From: Desulfatiglandales bacterium
GTDB taxonomy: Bacteria > Desulfobacterota > DSM-4660 > Desulfatiglandales > Desulfatiglandaceae
Assembly: GCA_963662465.1 (NCBI GenBank)
Contig: OY759599.1
Span: 2,528,001-2,592,000 of the forward strand
DNA: 64,000 bases
Reading direction: 5' to 3'
The notes beneath the pieces were generated by a model. It was not told where the DNA came from. It did not search any database and saw only the letters and a program-made list of their open reading frames with translations. Numbering within the stretch: position 1 is the stretch's first letter; every line of letters starts with the position of its first letter. Shown one piece after another: positions 20,669 to 29,878 of this stretch. Both the position numbers and the translations under genes were made by a program.

Positions 20669-20971
20669 ATGGAAAAGCGAAAACCGCATTATGATCTTTC
20701 AACTGTGCAATCCGCGGTTTGTTTACGTGGTGCGGACGCTTTTACCGCAACAGCATTGATTGGCGCCCAGGCAATGGGGCTTGAAATTGCTCAGGCGATA
20801 GAAATAGTCTGTTTCATGAATCGATCCGATTTTTACAAAAGCATGACGACCCATTCGTCAAGCCAAATTTGGCAGGATGTTTATCATCCGGAAACGCCTG
20901 CCGGGATAGCCTATGTGAAGGTCACGTTACGCCATGATGGGTCTATAGTGATCCAGTTCAAGGAGAAATGA
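20669..20971 (+). CDS. mqsR: Type II toxin MqsR (mRNase)
   Basis: MEKRKPHYDL...FYKSMTT....IWQDVY...IQFKEK. Confidence 0.93.
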   Translation: MEKRKPHYDLSTVQSAVCLRGADAFTATALIGAQAMGLEIAQAIEIVCFMNRSDFYKSMTTHSSSQIWQDVYHPETPAGIAYVKVTLRHDGSIVIQFKEK

Positions 20972-20972
20972 A

Positions 20973-21371
20973 ATGAAACGCGACTGTCTGAATTGTGGAC
21001 AAAAAGAAATGGTGCATACTGTTCGAGATGTGCCTTACACCTATAAAGGGCATCATGCCGTTATACCTGTCGTCAATGGATGGCACTGTTTTCATTGCGG
21101 GGAAGTCGAATTTGATGTAGGTGAAGGAGTTCGTTTTGCCGAGGCCATCAAACAAGTCGCCAGGGAAATTGATTCGAAGGAAGCGGCTGAACTTGCAAGA
21201 ATTCGTAAAAAACTCAAGCTGACACAGCAGGAAGCGGCCCTGCTCACCGGGGGAGGCCGAAATGCATTTTCCCGATACGAACGTGGGAAGGCCAAACCCC
21301 TGCAATCAGTCAGCAACCTTTTTAAACTTCTGGACAAACATCCCGAGCTGCTGGATGAAATCACTCCTTGA
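20973..21371 (+). CDS. mqsA: Antitoxin MqsA (Zn finger + HTH)
   Basis: CxxC...CxxC; RKKLKLTQQEAA..TGGG.NAFSRYERG. Confidence 0.93.
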   Translation: MKRDCLNCGQKEMVHTVRDVPYTYKGHHAVIPVVNGWHCFHCGEVEFDVGEGVRFAEAIKQVAREIDSKEAAELARIRKKLKLTQQEAALLTGGGRNAFSRYERGKAKPLQSVSNLFKLLDKHPELLDEITP

Positions 21372-21554
21372 TCTTTCGGAAGAATGGGACGTTATAAAAT
21401 TATAAAATGGTCTCGCGCAGAGGCGCAGAGGCGCTGAGAAGAGAGGAAAAGAAGGTGAGAGGGTAAGAATGGCAATCCTGTCCATCATTTAATCTTTAAA
21501 ATCGCGTTCAAGCATTTTGTCCCGGCTTGCGTCCGTAGCCATTTCTGCCATTAT

Positions 21555-21695
21555 GGGATTGCACCCGAATGGTATGCTGCTGAGGAAAATGCCAAACAGG
21601 CAATGGGCCTGTCACCGGAAAATGCCAGGTATTTCAAATGCTCGCCAACAGGCTGCGTATAGCCGAGATAGAGATACTGCGCCATAAGCGCATTG
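21555..21695 (-). pseudogene. DUF4338-like (IS-associated/DruA-like) fragment
   Basis: YLGYTQPVGEHLKYLAFSGDRPIACLAFSSAA. Confidence 0.6.
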
Positions 21696-21776
21696 AAAAA
21701 CTTTTCGGAGACGTACACCTTCTGCCGGGCATTGAATTCAGCGGTGACAGTCTGCGTCATATTGTCGTTTTTTGGT

Positions 21777-23014
21777 GTAAATCACCGCATTGTGGAGTAT
21801 GGTTATCGCGATGAGAATTGAGGAAGGAGAATACACATGGAAGCTCATACCAGAGAAGAAATCAAAAAACTTATCATAGCAGAACTTCCTGAATTGATGA
21901 AAATTGATCCGGATATACGTAATTTCATATTGGATGTGACACGTAAAAGCTATTCGAGCAAACGAGAAACCGAAAGTCGTTTTGACCGGATCATGGACGA
22001 GTTAAAGAGGGACCGTGAAGCCCGTGATAAGAAATGGGAAGCTCAGGAGAAGAAATGGGCGGCCCAGGACAAAAAATGGGAAGCTCAAAATAAAAAATGG
22101 TTAGGTCAGGATAAGAAATGCGAGGCCCAGGATAAAAAATGGGAAACAGAGCGAAGGGAACAGAATGAAAAGTGGGTCTCTTGGGAGAAGAGATGGGAGG
22201 TAGAGCGAAAGGAACAGAATGACAAGTGGGACGCCCAGGATAAGAAATGGGAGACAGAGCGAAGGGAACAGAATAACAAGTGGGAAGAAAACCAACGTGT
22301 TATCAACGAGATGCTTGTATCGATCCAGAAACTTGACCAGAAACACGAGGCTACCATAGGCGCTCTTGGGGCAAGATGGGGCCTGCATTCTGAATCTGCG
22401 TTTCGAAAGGGTCTGCGGGCTATTCTGGAAGGGTCCTTTGGGGTGAAGGTGGAGAGATATGAAGACTACGACCATGAGGGAACGGTATTCGGGCGACCGG
22501 AGCAGATTGAGTTGGATGTGATCATTCATAATGGAACCCTGATTCTGTGCGAGATCAAATCGTCCATGAGCAAATCGGACATGTACAGTTTCTGGCGCAA
22601 AAAAAAATTCTATGAAAACAAGCATGACCGCAAGACCAACCGGGTCATGGTTATTTCGCCCATGATAGATGATTACGCCAGGTCCGCGGCAAAGGATCTG
22701 GGTATCGAGGTTTATGGATATGCCGATAGCGTCAAGCTTTAGATGCGTCAGAGTGGAATAAATGCGGGGGGAAGATTAACCAAAGCCGCAAGCCAGGTGT
22801 CGGATGTGCTGATTTAACCATGGTTCAAGACGATACTGCATGGTTACCGGTGGCATGGGCGAAAGATTTTTCACCCCTACGAAGGCCCCAATGAATATCC
22901 CATCAATGATTAAGGCGATCTGCTTTTGATATTTTGCAGGCGTATTTTTTTGTGATCGTTTGCTGGGACACCGTCTTCTCATCCTGTTCATCGTGTTAAA
23001 TCCTGTGAATCGTG
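21777..23014 (+). repeat. Segmental duplication, copy 2
   Basis: Matches 19407-20419, plus an in-frame repeat expansion. Confidence 0.95.
21837..22742 (+). CDS. Coiled-coil PD-(D/E)XK nuclease-like protein, repeat-expanded paralogue
   Basis: As 19467-20147 with ~75 extra residues of DKKWEAQ/RREQ repeats. Confidence 0.82.
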   Translation: MEAHTREEIKKLIIAELPELMKIDPDIRNFILDVTRKSYSSKRETESRFDRIMDELKRDREARDKKWEAQEKKWAAQDKKWEAQNKKWLGQDKKCEAQDKKWETERREQNEKWVSWEKRWEVERKEQNDKWDAQDKKWETERREQNNKWEENQRVINEMLVSIQKLDQKHEATIGALGARWGLHSESAFRKGLRAILEGSFGVKVERYEDYDHEGTVFGRPEQIELDVIIHNGTLILCEIKSSMSKSDMYSFWRKKKFYENKHDRKTNRVMVISPMIDDYARSAAKDLGIEVYGYADSVKL

Positions 23015-23209
23015 ATCTATGAAATAGAGGATCTCTCACTCGTTCCTCTTCTGTTCCAAACCGGATACCTGACGATTAAAGGACATAATGACGATTTCAT
23101 GACCTACAGACTGGGATATCCAAATTTTGAAGTGGAAAACAGCTTCCAGTATGCCCTTTTAAGAAGTTACAGCTATACAGAAACAGATGGTTGCACCCTG
23201 AACCTGTGA
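23015..23209 (+). pseudogene. Internal fragment of an AAA-ATPase-like/PD-(D/E)XK gene
   Basis: PLLFQTGYLTIKG...YRLGYPNFEV motif. Confidence 0.7.
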
Positions 23210-23226
23210 ACCCTTACAATTTTTCT

Positions 23227-23255
23227 TTGATTAGAAAATGGGATTATGACATAAT
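23227..23255 (+). promoter_or_regulatory. Putative sigma-70 promoter
   Basis: TTGATT-N17-CATAAT with TG extended -10, upstream of RBS GAGGAGG. Confidence 0.5.
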
Positions 23256-23288
23256 GGCGCGATAAAAAATGAGGAGGAAAAAAACTCA

Positions 23289-23771
23289 ATGGATCAAATC
23301 AATACATTGGATTTGAAGACATATATTTCCAATGCAGTAACAGGTGTGTTCGATGCAATGCTCGCTATGAACGTGGAATTCGTTGATAGTGCAACCTACA
23401 CTGCCTCGGACGGAATGCAAATCGTGGGATCGGTTAGTTTCGCCGGAAAAGCCATGGGGAGCATCAACCTCCATGTCAATGGAGATTTTGCCCGACTCAT
23501 CACCGCCGCCATGCTGGACATGGAAGAGGATGAAATTGAAGGGGATGAGGAGGTCCATGACGTGGTTGGAGAACTGAGCAATATGATCGGCGGCGATCTC
23601 AAAAGCCGCCTTTGCGATGTCGGGCTTACCTGTGAATTATCCATTCCCACCATCACCAGCGGCAGGGAGTTTAGAGTTGAGCATAAGGGGTGGGCAAGGC
23701 ACGAAGGCTTTGTTTTTAACTACCGAACACAAACCGGTCTGGTGGATGTTTTTTTGAAATCCGTAAATTGA
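23289..23771 (+). CDS. cheX: CheX-family phosphatase
   Basis: DVVGELSNMIGG ExxN motif; LSIPTI. Confidence 0.85.
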   Translation: MDQINTLDLKTYISNAVTGVFDAMLAMNVEFVDSATYTASDGMQIVGSVSFAGKAMGSINLHVNGDFARLITAAMLDMEEDEIEGDEEVHDVVGELSNMIGGDLKSRLCDVGLTCELSIPTITSGREFRVEHKGWARHEGFVFNYRTQTGLVDVFLKSVN

Positions 23772-23786
23772 CGGTAAATCAGGAGG

Positions 23787-24533
23787 ATGGTTATGGCCTT
23801 GAAGGTCCTGGTTGTTGATGATAGTAAGACGATCCGAATGATCGTAAAGAAAGCCTTTAAATCCTTTAAATGCGAAATATTTGAGGCAGGTGATGGGAAG
23901 GAAGGCCTGGAGAAGGCATCCGGCGAAAAACCGGGCCTGATTGTTTTGGATATTACCATGCCGGTAATGACCGGAACGGAGATGTTGGAACAGTTGAGGG
24001 CAAACCCGGAATTGGCTGCCACCCCCGTTATCATGCTGACGGCGGAATCGGGCAAAGAAAATGTCATGAAGATTCTCAAGATGGGCGTCAAAGATTACAT
24101 GGTAAAGCCCTTCAAGGGACAAGACTTGATCGAAAGGGTTAATAAAATATTGACCCTCGAAGCCAAGGAGGCAGCGGGACCGGAGGATACTGCCGGCAAA
24201 TATTTTTCCATGGATGGCGATGTTCAACTTCTGACGTTGCCGAGGAAGATCGAAAGGCCGGTCAGTGTCGCCATTGAAGGGCATTTAAAAACCGGAATCG
24301 AAGGGATGAAAAGCGCCGGTATCACCAAATTCGTTCTGAATCTGAGCCGGGTATCGGGGACGAATGTGACGCTGATCAAATTGATCATCAAGGTGATTCA
24401 AAGCTGCCAAAAAGCGGGCATCCGCATTCGCGTCATGGGCACCCAGGCCATGCGGGATGAGCTGAAGGATTTCCAAGAAACCAGCGAAATCACTATCGAT
24501 CTTTCCATGGATGAAGCCAAGGCGGCCCTATAA
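23787..24533 (+). CDS. Response regulator with C-terminal STAS-like domain
   Basis: VVDDS, LDITMP, TAE, KPF receiver motifs; C-terminal pattern FVLNLSRVS...IRIRVMG. Confidence 0.8.
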   Translation: MVMALKVLVVDDSKTIRMIVKKAFKSFKCEIFEAGDGKEGLEKASGEKPGLIVLDITMPVMTGTEMLEQLRANPELAATPVIMLTAESGKENVMKILKMGVKDYMVKPFKGQDLIERVNKILTLEAKEAAGPEDTAGKYFSMDGDVQLLTLPRKIERPVSVAIEGHLKTGIEGMKSAGITKFVLNLSRVSGTNVTLIKLIIKVIQSCQKAGIRIRVMGTQAMRDELKDFQETSEITIDLSMDEAKAAL

Positions 24534-24815
24534 CTTGATTGGCAGCGCTCGCAAGGAAACGTGGCATGCAAATGTTGCAGCACAGCTTGATCAAGAGGGT
24601 ATTTTTTTCCTATCCATGCAGGATTTTACCGCTTGAAAAATTCACATAACCCATTGCATTTTAAGATTAAAACCATTCTACTATAAGTCCTGCACGGTTC
24701 TTGCATCGCCTATATGCCAGTTAACACGGCGATTTGGAATTCGATTTCGGGCAGCCGGCGCCATCGCCAACCAACAGGCTTGAATGGCGCTGTCTTTTAA
24801 GGGAGGAGAAAGAAA

Positions 24816-25274
24816 ATGATCATAAATCAAAACCAAGAGATCCTTGCGAGCAATTACGCCGGAAGGACTAATTCTAAATCGAAGCCCGCCGGGTCTGAAT
24901 TCGGCGCCATCCTCGATGAGACCTTGGGGAAGGTATCGAAAGCAACGGCAAACGACCCGCAAATGCCCAAAATTGAAGGGCTATCCAAAACACAATTCGA
25001 TTTTTTTTCCTCTGTGGAAAATGGCACGGTCAAGCAGGTAGAAAATTTTCTGAAAATCCTGAGCGACTATCAAGAGAAACTGGGCAACCCCGATGCGGGG
25101 CTAAAAGAGATTTCCCCTTTGATCGATCAAATGCGGAAAGAAAAACAGGGATTGGCTTCGGCCCTCGACTCACTTCCCGATGAAGATGGCTTGAAGGAAA
25201 TCCTGAATGAAACGCTGATCCTATCTTCTCTGGAGACCATCAAATTCAACAGGGGGGACTATAACCCTCAATAA
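24816..25274 (+). CDS. Hypothetical protein
   Basis: RBS GGAGGAG; 152-aa helical ORF ending KFNRGDY. Confidence 0.7.
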   Translation: MIINQNQEILASNYAGRTNSKSKPAGSEFGAILDETLGKVSKATANDPQMPKIEGLSKTQFDFFSSVENGTVKQVENFLKILSDYQEKLGNPDAGLKEISPLIDQMRKEKQGLASALDSLPDEDGLKEILNETLILSSLETIKFNRGDYNPQ

Positions 25275-25281
25275 ACCTAAC

Positions 25282-25336
25282 GCGGCATAACCGCAGTTTT
25301 AAGTTTTAAGTTTTAAGTTTTAAGTTCCTGCGGCAT
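25282..25336. repeat. TTTTAAG x4 heptamer array within a short IR, between convergent genes
   Basis: CCGCAG-(TTTTAAG)4-TTC-CTGCGG with GCGGCAT on both sides. Confidence 0.85.
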
Positions 25337-25338
25337 CA

Positions 25339-26670
25339 TTAATCCGACAATTCTGAATTCGCGCCCTCGGTTTCTACAAAATTCCGCATATTTTCGATGT
25401 AGATGAGCAGCTCATCCGCCAGTGTTCTATCCAGATCCACCAGTAGTCGATGCTGCGCCACTGCAGCAGCCCTGTTGCCGGAGGTCAAATAGATCAATCC
25501 CAGGATATGGTGGGCCTCCGCATATTCAGGGTTCAGCGACACCGCCTGCCGCAGTTCTGCCATCGCCTCTTTATAATAACGGCGTTTGGCGTAGGAAACG
25601 CCGAGGCCGTACCGCGCCTCCGCCAGGTCCGGGCTTGTCAAAATAATCTGTTTGTATACGGCCATGGCATCTTCATAACGGCCCAGCAATAGATAAGAAT
25701 TTGCCTGAACCAACGACGTCTGTGCAGAGCCTTGCTTGTTCGGTGCGGATGTTTGTCGGCCTTCCGGTTTTGGCGCTATGGCGCCGGCATCATTTGTTTC
25801 ACGATCCAAATTCCCATACCCCGCTTCCAGCGCTGGTGGGTCCGGCGGGATCACGCCGATCCGCCGGTCCGGGAAATAGGAGGCCACAACAAGCAGCACG
25901 GCAACCCCTAAAAAAACCCACAATATCCTTGGCCCTTCAATCTTCCGGTGTATCAACCGAAATTTTCCCAAACGATCCCATGGCGCAAGCCCATCCTTTC
26001 TAAGCCTGAAATATGAAACCGCTATTGTTGCGGGGGCAATCAAAAAAAAACCCGTACCGACGCCGTTGCACCATACGGAAATACTTCGCAGAAAGGCACC
26101 CCAAAGTCCGGGACTTCTTAAAGACCGATCGATTATTTCGGTGTTCAGCATCCATTTGCCTGGGGTGACGCCGAATACGCGCAACAGCACCGCTTCCACG
26201 AAAACCCAAAAAAACGTCATTACTACAGGGAAAAAAAAGGAAGGAACACTCCGCCAGAGAGCCAGGTCGAACAGATGCACCCATCGGAGAAACAGTGCAA
26301 ACAGGAAATAATCGATCATCCTTGCCGAAAGCCGTATCCATGGGTGCGTTCCCGCATAAGTCTGATGGCCGTTCTTCGGCTTCTTACGGGTTGCCGGTTT
26401 GGTAAAACGACCGAAAAAAGATGCGACTTCAGATGGCGGCTTCCCTTGGGGAAGCGCCCCTTCCCTTTGGAGGGACAGTGAATTAAGGATTTTCCGGTAA
26501 GCCTTGTTGATTTTTTTCAGCTTCTTTTCGGCCTTTTTTTTCAAACGGGGACTTTTTGAAAAAGCCTCGGGATTCCATGCCGCCAGAAGATCTTCATAGG
26601 CCTGCCCCACCTCTTCCGGCGAGGCATTGGCATCAATCTCCAGAATTTCATAGTACCGATATCTGTTCAT
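25339..26670 (-). CDS. J-domain-like + RDD + TPR membrane protein
   Basis: YYEILE...WNPE (degenerate HPD), PWIRLSARMID RDD motif, C-terminal TPRs. Confidence 0.8.
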   Translation of the reverse strand: MNRYRYYEILEIDANASPEEVGQAYEDLLAAWNPEAFSKSPRLKKKAEKKLKKINKAYRKILNSLSLQREGALPQGKPPSEVASFFGRFTKPATRKKPKNGHQTYAGTHPWIRLSARMIDYFLFALFLRWVHLFDLALWRSVPSFFFPVVMTFFWVFVEAVLLRVFGVTPGKWMLNTEIIDRSLRSPGLWGAFLRSISVWCNGVGTGFFLIAPATIAVSYFRLRKDGLAPWDRLGKFRLIHRKIEGPRILWVFLGVAVLLVVASYFPDRRIGVIPPDPPALEAGYGNLDRETNDAGAIAPKPEGRQTSAPNKQGSAQTSLVQANSYLLLGRYEDAMAVYKQIILTSPDLAEARYGLGVSYAKRRYYKEAMAELRQAVSLNPEYAEAHHILGLIYLTSGNRAAAVAQHRLLVDLDRTLADELLIYIENMRNFVETEGANSELSD

Positions 26671-26706
26671 TGTAGGTTTTAAGCCTTAGGTATTTTACCT
26701 ATAAAA

Positions 26707-26722
26707 CGGCACAAAAAATGCA
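26707..26722 (+). promoter_or_regulatory. Possible sigma-54 promoter
   Basis: CGGCAC-AAAAA-ATGCA, GG-N10-GC spacing. Confidence 0.45.
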
Positions 26723-26802
26723 TATTAAAGTCATGCACCATATGGAGAAACGCAGCAATTGGACAACCCCGTATTTGAAATGGCCATTCACGGACCACCA
26801 CT

Positions 26803-26816
26803 GTCAATTTATTGAC
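26803..26816. promoter_or_regulatory. FleQ/FlrA-like enhancer box
   Basis: Minus strand GTCAATAAATTGAC (GTCA-N6-TGAC). Confidence 0.55.
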
Positions 26817-26875
26817 TAGAAAGGTAGAAGAGGCGTCATGACATTTGGGAAATGCCATGCAGAAAAGGATATTAG

Positions 26876-27916
26876 ATGAAAAACAGGCAGAATCCAAGGA
26901 CAAAGTTAATTCTCATTCTGACCTTTTCCCTACTCTTTTTCCGGGTAGCATTCGGGGATGCCGCGGATAATATCCAACTGAGAAAATACCCTTCGCGGGA
27001 TGCAATCGTTCTAGGGACCGTGTCTAGTGATCACGAAATTAAAATAATAGAAGAGTATGGCCCCTGGTACTATATTGTGGTTGAGGGAACGACCTATGGT
27101 GGTGGATGGGTATATGCAAATGATCTGAAATCAGAGCTCATCCAAAGCCGGGAGACAAGCGCCCTGCCTGAATTGGCAGATGTATCACAGGAAAAGACGC
27201 CAGGAACACTAAAACAAGGGATTCGTCCGGAAAAGCAATCATCTAAAATCCAGAGTTCAATCAAAATTGAGAAAAACCTTGCGCCGCCCTCTCATGGTAA
27301 AGTTTCCATGAGTACTGTCAAAATTCATTCATCCACCCATCCCGGATTTCCAAAGAAAAACTCTGGTGCGACAATCATTTCAAACAAAGGAATTCCCGAT
27401 AAAAAAAAGCCGGAAAAGCCTTCCGTTCAAGCCGAAAACATTGCCGTAAAAAGGGATTTGCATTCGGTTCAAACATCAATCGATCCGATACTTGAGGAAA
27501 GAGAAAATATCAGGGAACAAACTACCCATCAAACCGGAAGCGACCGATTCAAAGATAATTTGCATATGTCCAGAAGGGAAACCGCACCTGAAAATACAAA
27601 AGAACAACAGATCCACGAACAGGCAATAGCAACCACGTTCACAGAGCGTAGTAAGCGGGATATTATGTCTCATACCGCTGCCCCCAACGTCATGGTATCG
27701 AGGGAATCTCGCGATAAAAAAGATCCGGCCTACAAAGGCGGATTTAGAGCCTTACTCGATTTTGGCTTCAAATTGCTATCCGTAGCGCTTTCCTGCCTGG
27801 CCATCATTTTTTCCTATAAGGCCAAAAAGATGGCAACGTTGAGTTATCAGGTTGCCATCCAATTTCAGCACGATTTTGAAATCCGGCAAGAGAGAGAATC
27901 GGATAGGCGGTACTAG
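26876..27916 (+). CDS. Exported SH3-like protein with disordered linker and C-terminal TM helix
   Basis: Signal peptide; LRKYPS...GPWYYI...GWVY; hydrophobic C-terminal segment. Confidence 0.65.
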   Translation: MKNRQNPRTKLILILTFSLLFFRVAFGDAADNIQLRKYPSRDAIVLGTVSSDHEIKIIEEYGPWYYIVVEGTTYGGGWVYANDLKSELIQSRETSALPELADVSQEKTPGTLKQGIRPEKQSSKIQSSIKIEKNLAPPSHGKVSMSTVKIHSSTHPGFPKKNSGATIISNKGIPDKKKPEKPSVQAENIAVKRDLHSVQTSIDPILEERENIREQTTHQTGSDRFKDNLHMSRRETAPENTKEQQIHEQAIATTFTERSKRDIMSHTAAPNVMVSRESRDKKDPAYKGGFRALLDFGFKLLSVALSCLAIIFSYKAKKMATLSYQVAIQFQHDFEIRQERESDRRY

Positions 27917-27985
27917 AGCCGTGCCGAAACCTTGCAGGCGATATGCGGCCGCAAACCCTTGGGAAGGACTCAATTGGAGGCAAGC

Positions 27986-29023
27986 GTGAGTCGCATCAAT
28001 GAGTATGGGGATCTTCCGGATAAGCTGAAAGATACACAAAACAAGCTTGAATCGACCAGAGCCGCCTTGGAAAAAATGAAAATGATGGTCATCGAAGCCG
28101 AAACCGTCAACATGGAACTCGAGCAGATATTCGACCAATCCAGCACCGGCATATGGGTCATTGACACGCACTTCGAGATCCTTCGAATGAACCAAACCCT
28201 GGCCAGGCTTGCAGCCAGGAACAAGGATTCGGTTCGTGGACTGAAATGCTATGATGTTTTCCCAATTTCCCTTTGCCATACGCCCGAATGTCCTTTGGGC
28301 AAAATTAAAAAAGGGCGTTACGAGCTGGAATACGACATCGAAAAAGATGCTGAGACCGGATCAGGCGCATCCTATCTTTTAACCGCCAACCCTTTTTTCG
28401 GAATTACCGGGGAAATCATGGGCCTCGTGTCGGAATTTAAGGATATCACCCCTAGAAGACGCGCGGAAACCGCTTTGAGGAAAGCCAACAAAGAACTTCA
28501 GCATCTCTCCCTCATGGACGGCCTGACGCAGGTCGCCAACCGGCGGCGGTTTGACGAAGTTCTGGTTCAAGAATGGAAGAGAGCCGGCCGATCCCGCACC
28601 CCGCTCTCTTTAATATTCTGCGATATTGATCGCTTCAAATCCTTTAATGACGCCTATGGACATCAGGCCGGCGATGATTGTCTACGTCTGGTGGCACAGG
28701 TTCTTCGTTCAAATCTGAATCGAAAGGAAGATTTCGTGGCCCGATATGGCGGGGAAGAATTCACATTAGTGTTGCCCAATACCGATGCCGACGGCGCTTT
28801 CCATCTAGCCGAAGCCATTCGCAGAAAGGTGGAAGAACGGAGAATCGCCCACGCATTCTCCGGGACAAGCCCACATGTTACCATCAGTCTCGGCGTTTCC
28901 ACCATTGTTCCCCATCGGGATATGGATCCCGAATCGCTGGTTAGAATCGCAGATAGAGCGCTTTACGAGGCCAAGGAAGGGGGACGAAATCGCACGATTC
29001 CGAAACCGGCGAATCCGGATTAA
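27986..29023 (+). CDS. PAS + GGDEF diguanylate cyclase
   Basis: GTG start after GGAGG; DGLT..ANRR, DIDRFK, RKED I-site, RYGGEEF. Confidence 0.92.
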   Translation: MSRINEYGDLPDKLKDTQNKLESTRAALEKMKMMVIEAETVNMELEQIFDQSSTGIWVIDTHFEILRMNQTLARLAARNKDSVRGLKCYDVFPISLCHTPECPLGKIKKGRYELEYDIEKDAETGSGASYLLTANPFFGITGEIMGLVSEFKDITPRRRAETALRKANKELQHLSLMDGLTQVANRRRFDEVLVQEWKRAGRSRTPLSLIFCDIDRFKSFNDAYGHQAGDDCLRLVAQVLRSNLNRKEDFVARYGGEEFTLVLPNTDADGAFHLAEAIRRKVEERRIAHAFSGTSPHVTISLGVSTIVPHRDMDPESLVRIADRALYEAKEGGRNRTIPKPANPD

Positions 29024-29033
29024 AACCGGACCA

Positions 29034-29237
29034 TCAAGCGTAGGCGCCGTGCGATAACGGTCTGGGTTTCACACTCTTCTTTTCCTTGAACATGAGACAA
29101 TCCATTCCCGACGAATTTCCCCTTACGACCCTGTTGGGCAATTGTCGGCTCTTAAACCCCATCCCCCGGCAACCGTGTGGAAAACGTTTGTCCCAGGTGA
29201 CGTAGTAAAATCGGCATTTATGGCAATCGATGGACAT
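29034..29237 (-). CDS. Small Cys-rich protein
   Basis: CHKCRFYYVTWD..FPHGC..MGFKS...C; RBS AGGAG upstream. Confidence 0.75.
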   Translation of the reverse strand: MSIDCHKCRFYYVTWDKRFPHGCRGMGFKSRQLPNRVVRGNSSGMDCLMFKEKKSVKPRPLSHGAYA

Positions 29238-29256
29238 GCAAAGATTAACTCCTGGA

Positions 29257-29384
29257 TAACCGTTCACGGTTTACGGTTGCCGGTTTACGGTTGAAAAACA
29301 AGTGTAAATCTGTATGAAGGAAACCCATAATTCATTGAAAAACCGTGAACCGGCAACTGTAAACCGGCAACCGTAAACGGTTAC
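29257..29384. mobile_element. MITE-like element with inverted heptamer arrays
   Basis: Termini TAACCGTT / AACGGTTAC; direct repeat ACTCCTGGA at 29248-29256 and 29385-29393. Confidence 0.8.
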
Positions 29385-29401
29385 ACTCCTGGAATAGCAG
29401 G

Positions 29402-29875
29402 CTATCGTCTCAATCCCCCGTCGACAATCAACCCCATATTATCGAGCATAGTCCATGCCCGACGATATTCCGGATCATTATCATCAAAGGACCCTGAAAC
29501 AATGGCGTTGAGGACCTCATCGCTCACGCCGGCTTTTTTAAGTGCAATCACATCATCCGGGGTCAGGCTTTTGATGGATTTTGTTTGGGTTCCATACACA
29601 ACGGGCTTTGTATCTTTTGTAAAAGAGCCTTTTTTGATGATGCTGGTAATGCTTTCATCACTCATCCCCGCCTGTTTCATTTCCACAATCTCCTTGACGC
29701 TGAAGGCGCAGGTCTCAACCACTTTTTCATCCATGACGGTCTGAATGACGCCGTCGCCCAAACCCGCTTTCTTGAGCGTGATGATATCTTCCGTATCCAG
29801 AGAAAGCGCCGGAACGGATGGCAAAAAAACCACAAGCAGCCAGAACAATGCCCAAATCAAGCTTTTCATACGCAT
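29402..29875 (-). CDS. Exported hypothetical protein with 3 internal repeats
   Basis: Signal peptide; DIITLKKAGL / EIVEMKQAGM / DVIALKKAGV. Confidence 0.75.
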   Translation of the reverse strand: MRMKSLIWALFWLLVVFLPSVPALSLDTEDIITLKKAGLGDGVIQTVMDEKVVETCAFSVKEIVEMKQAGMSDESITSIIKKGSFTKDTKPVVYGTQTKSIKSLTPDDVIALKKAGVSDEVLNAIVSGSFDDNDPEYRRAWTMLDNMGLIVDGGLRR

Positions 29876-29878
29876 CTG

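Noticed and set aside
21415..21440. CGCAGAGG-type short repeat after mqsA
   Set aside because: Too short and degenerate to support a function
24690..24705. Sigma-54 promoter CTGCACGGTTCTTGCA
   Set aside because: The invariant GG at -24 is TG; not called, though the rest matches
29034..29237. Uracil-DNA glycosylase label often given to similar small proteins
   Set aside because: Only 67 aa and no UDG catalytic motifs
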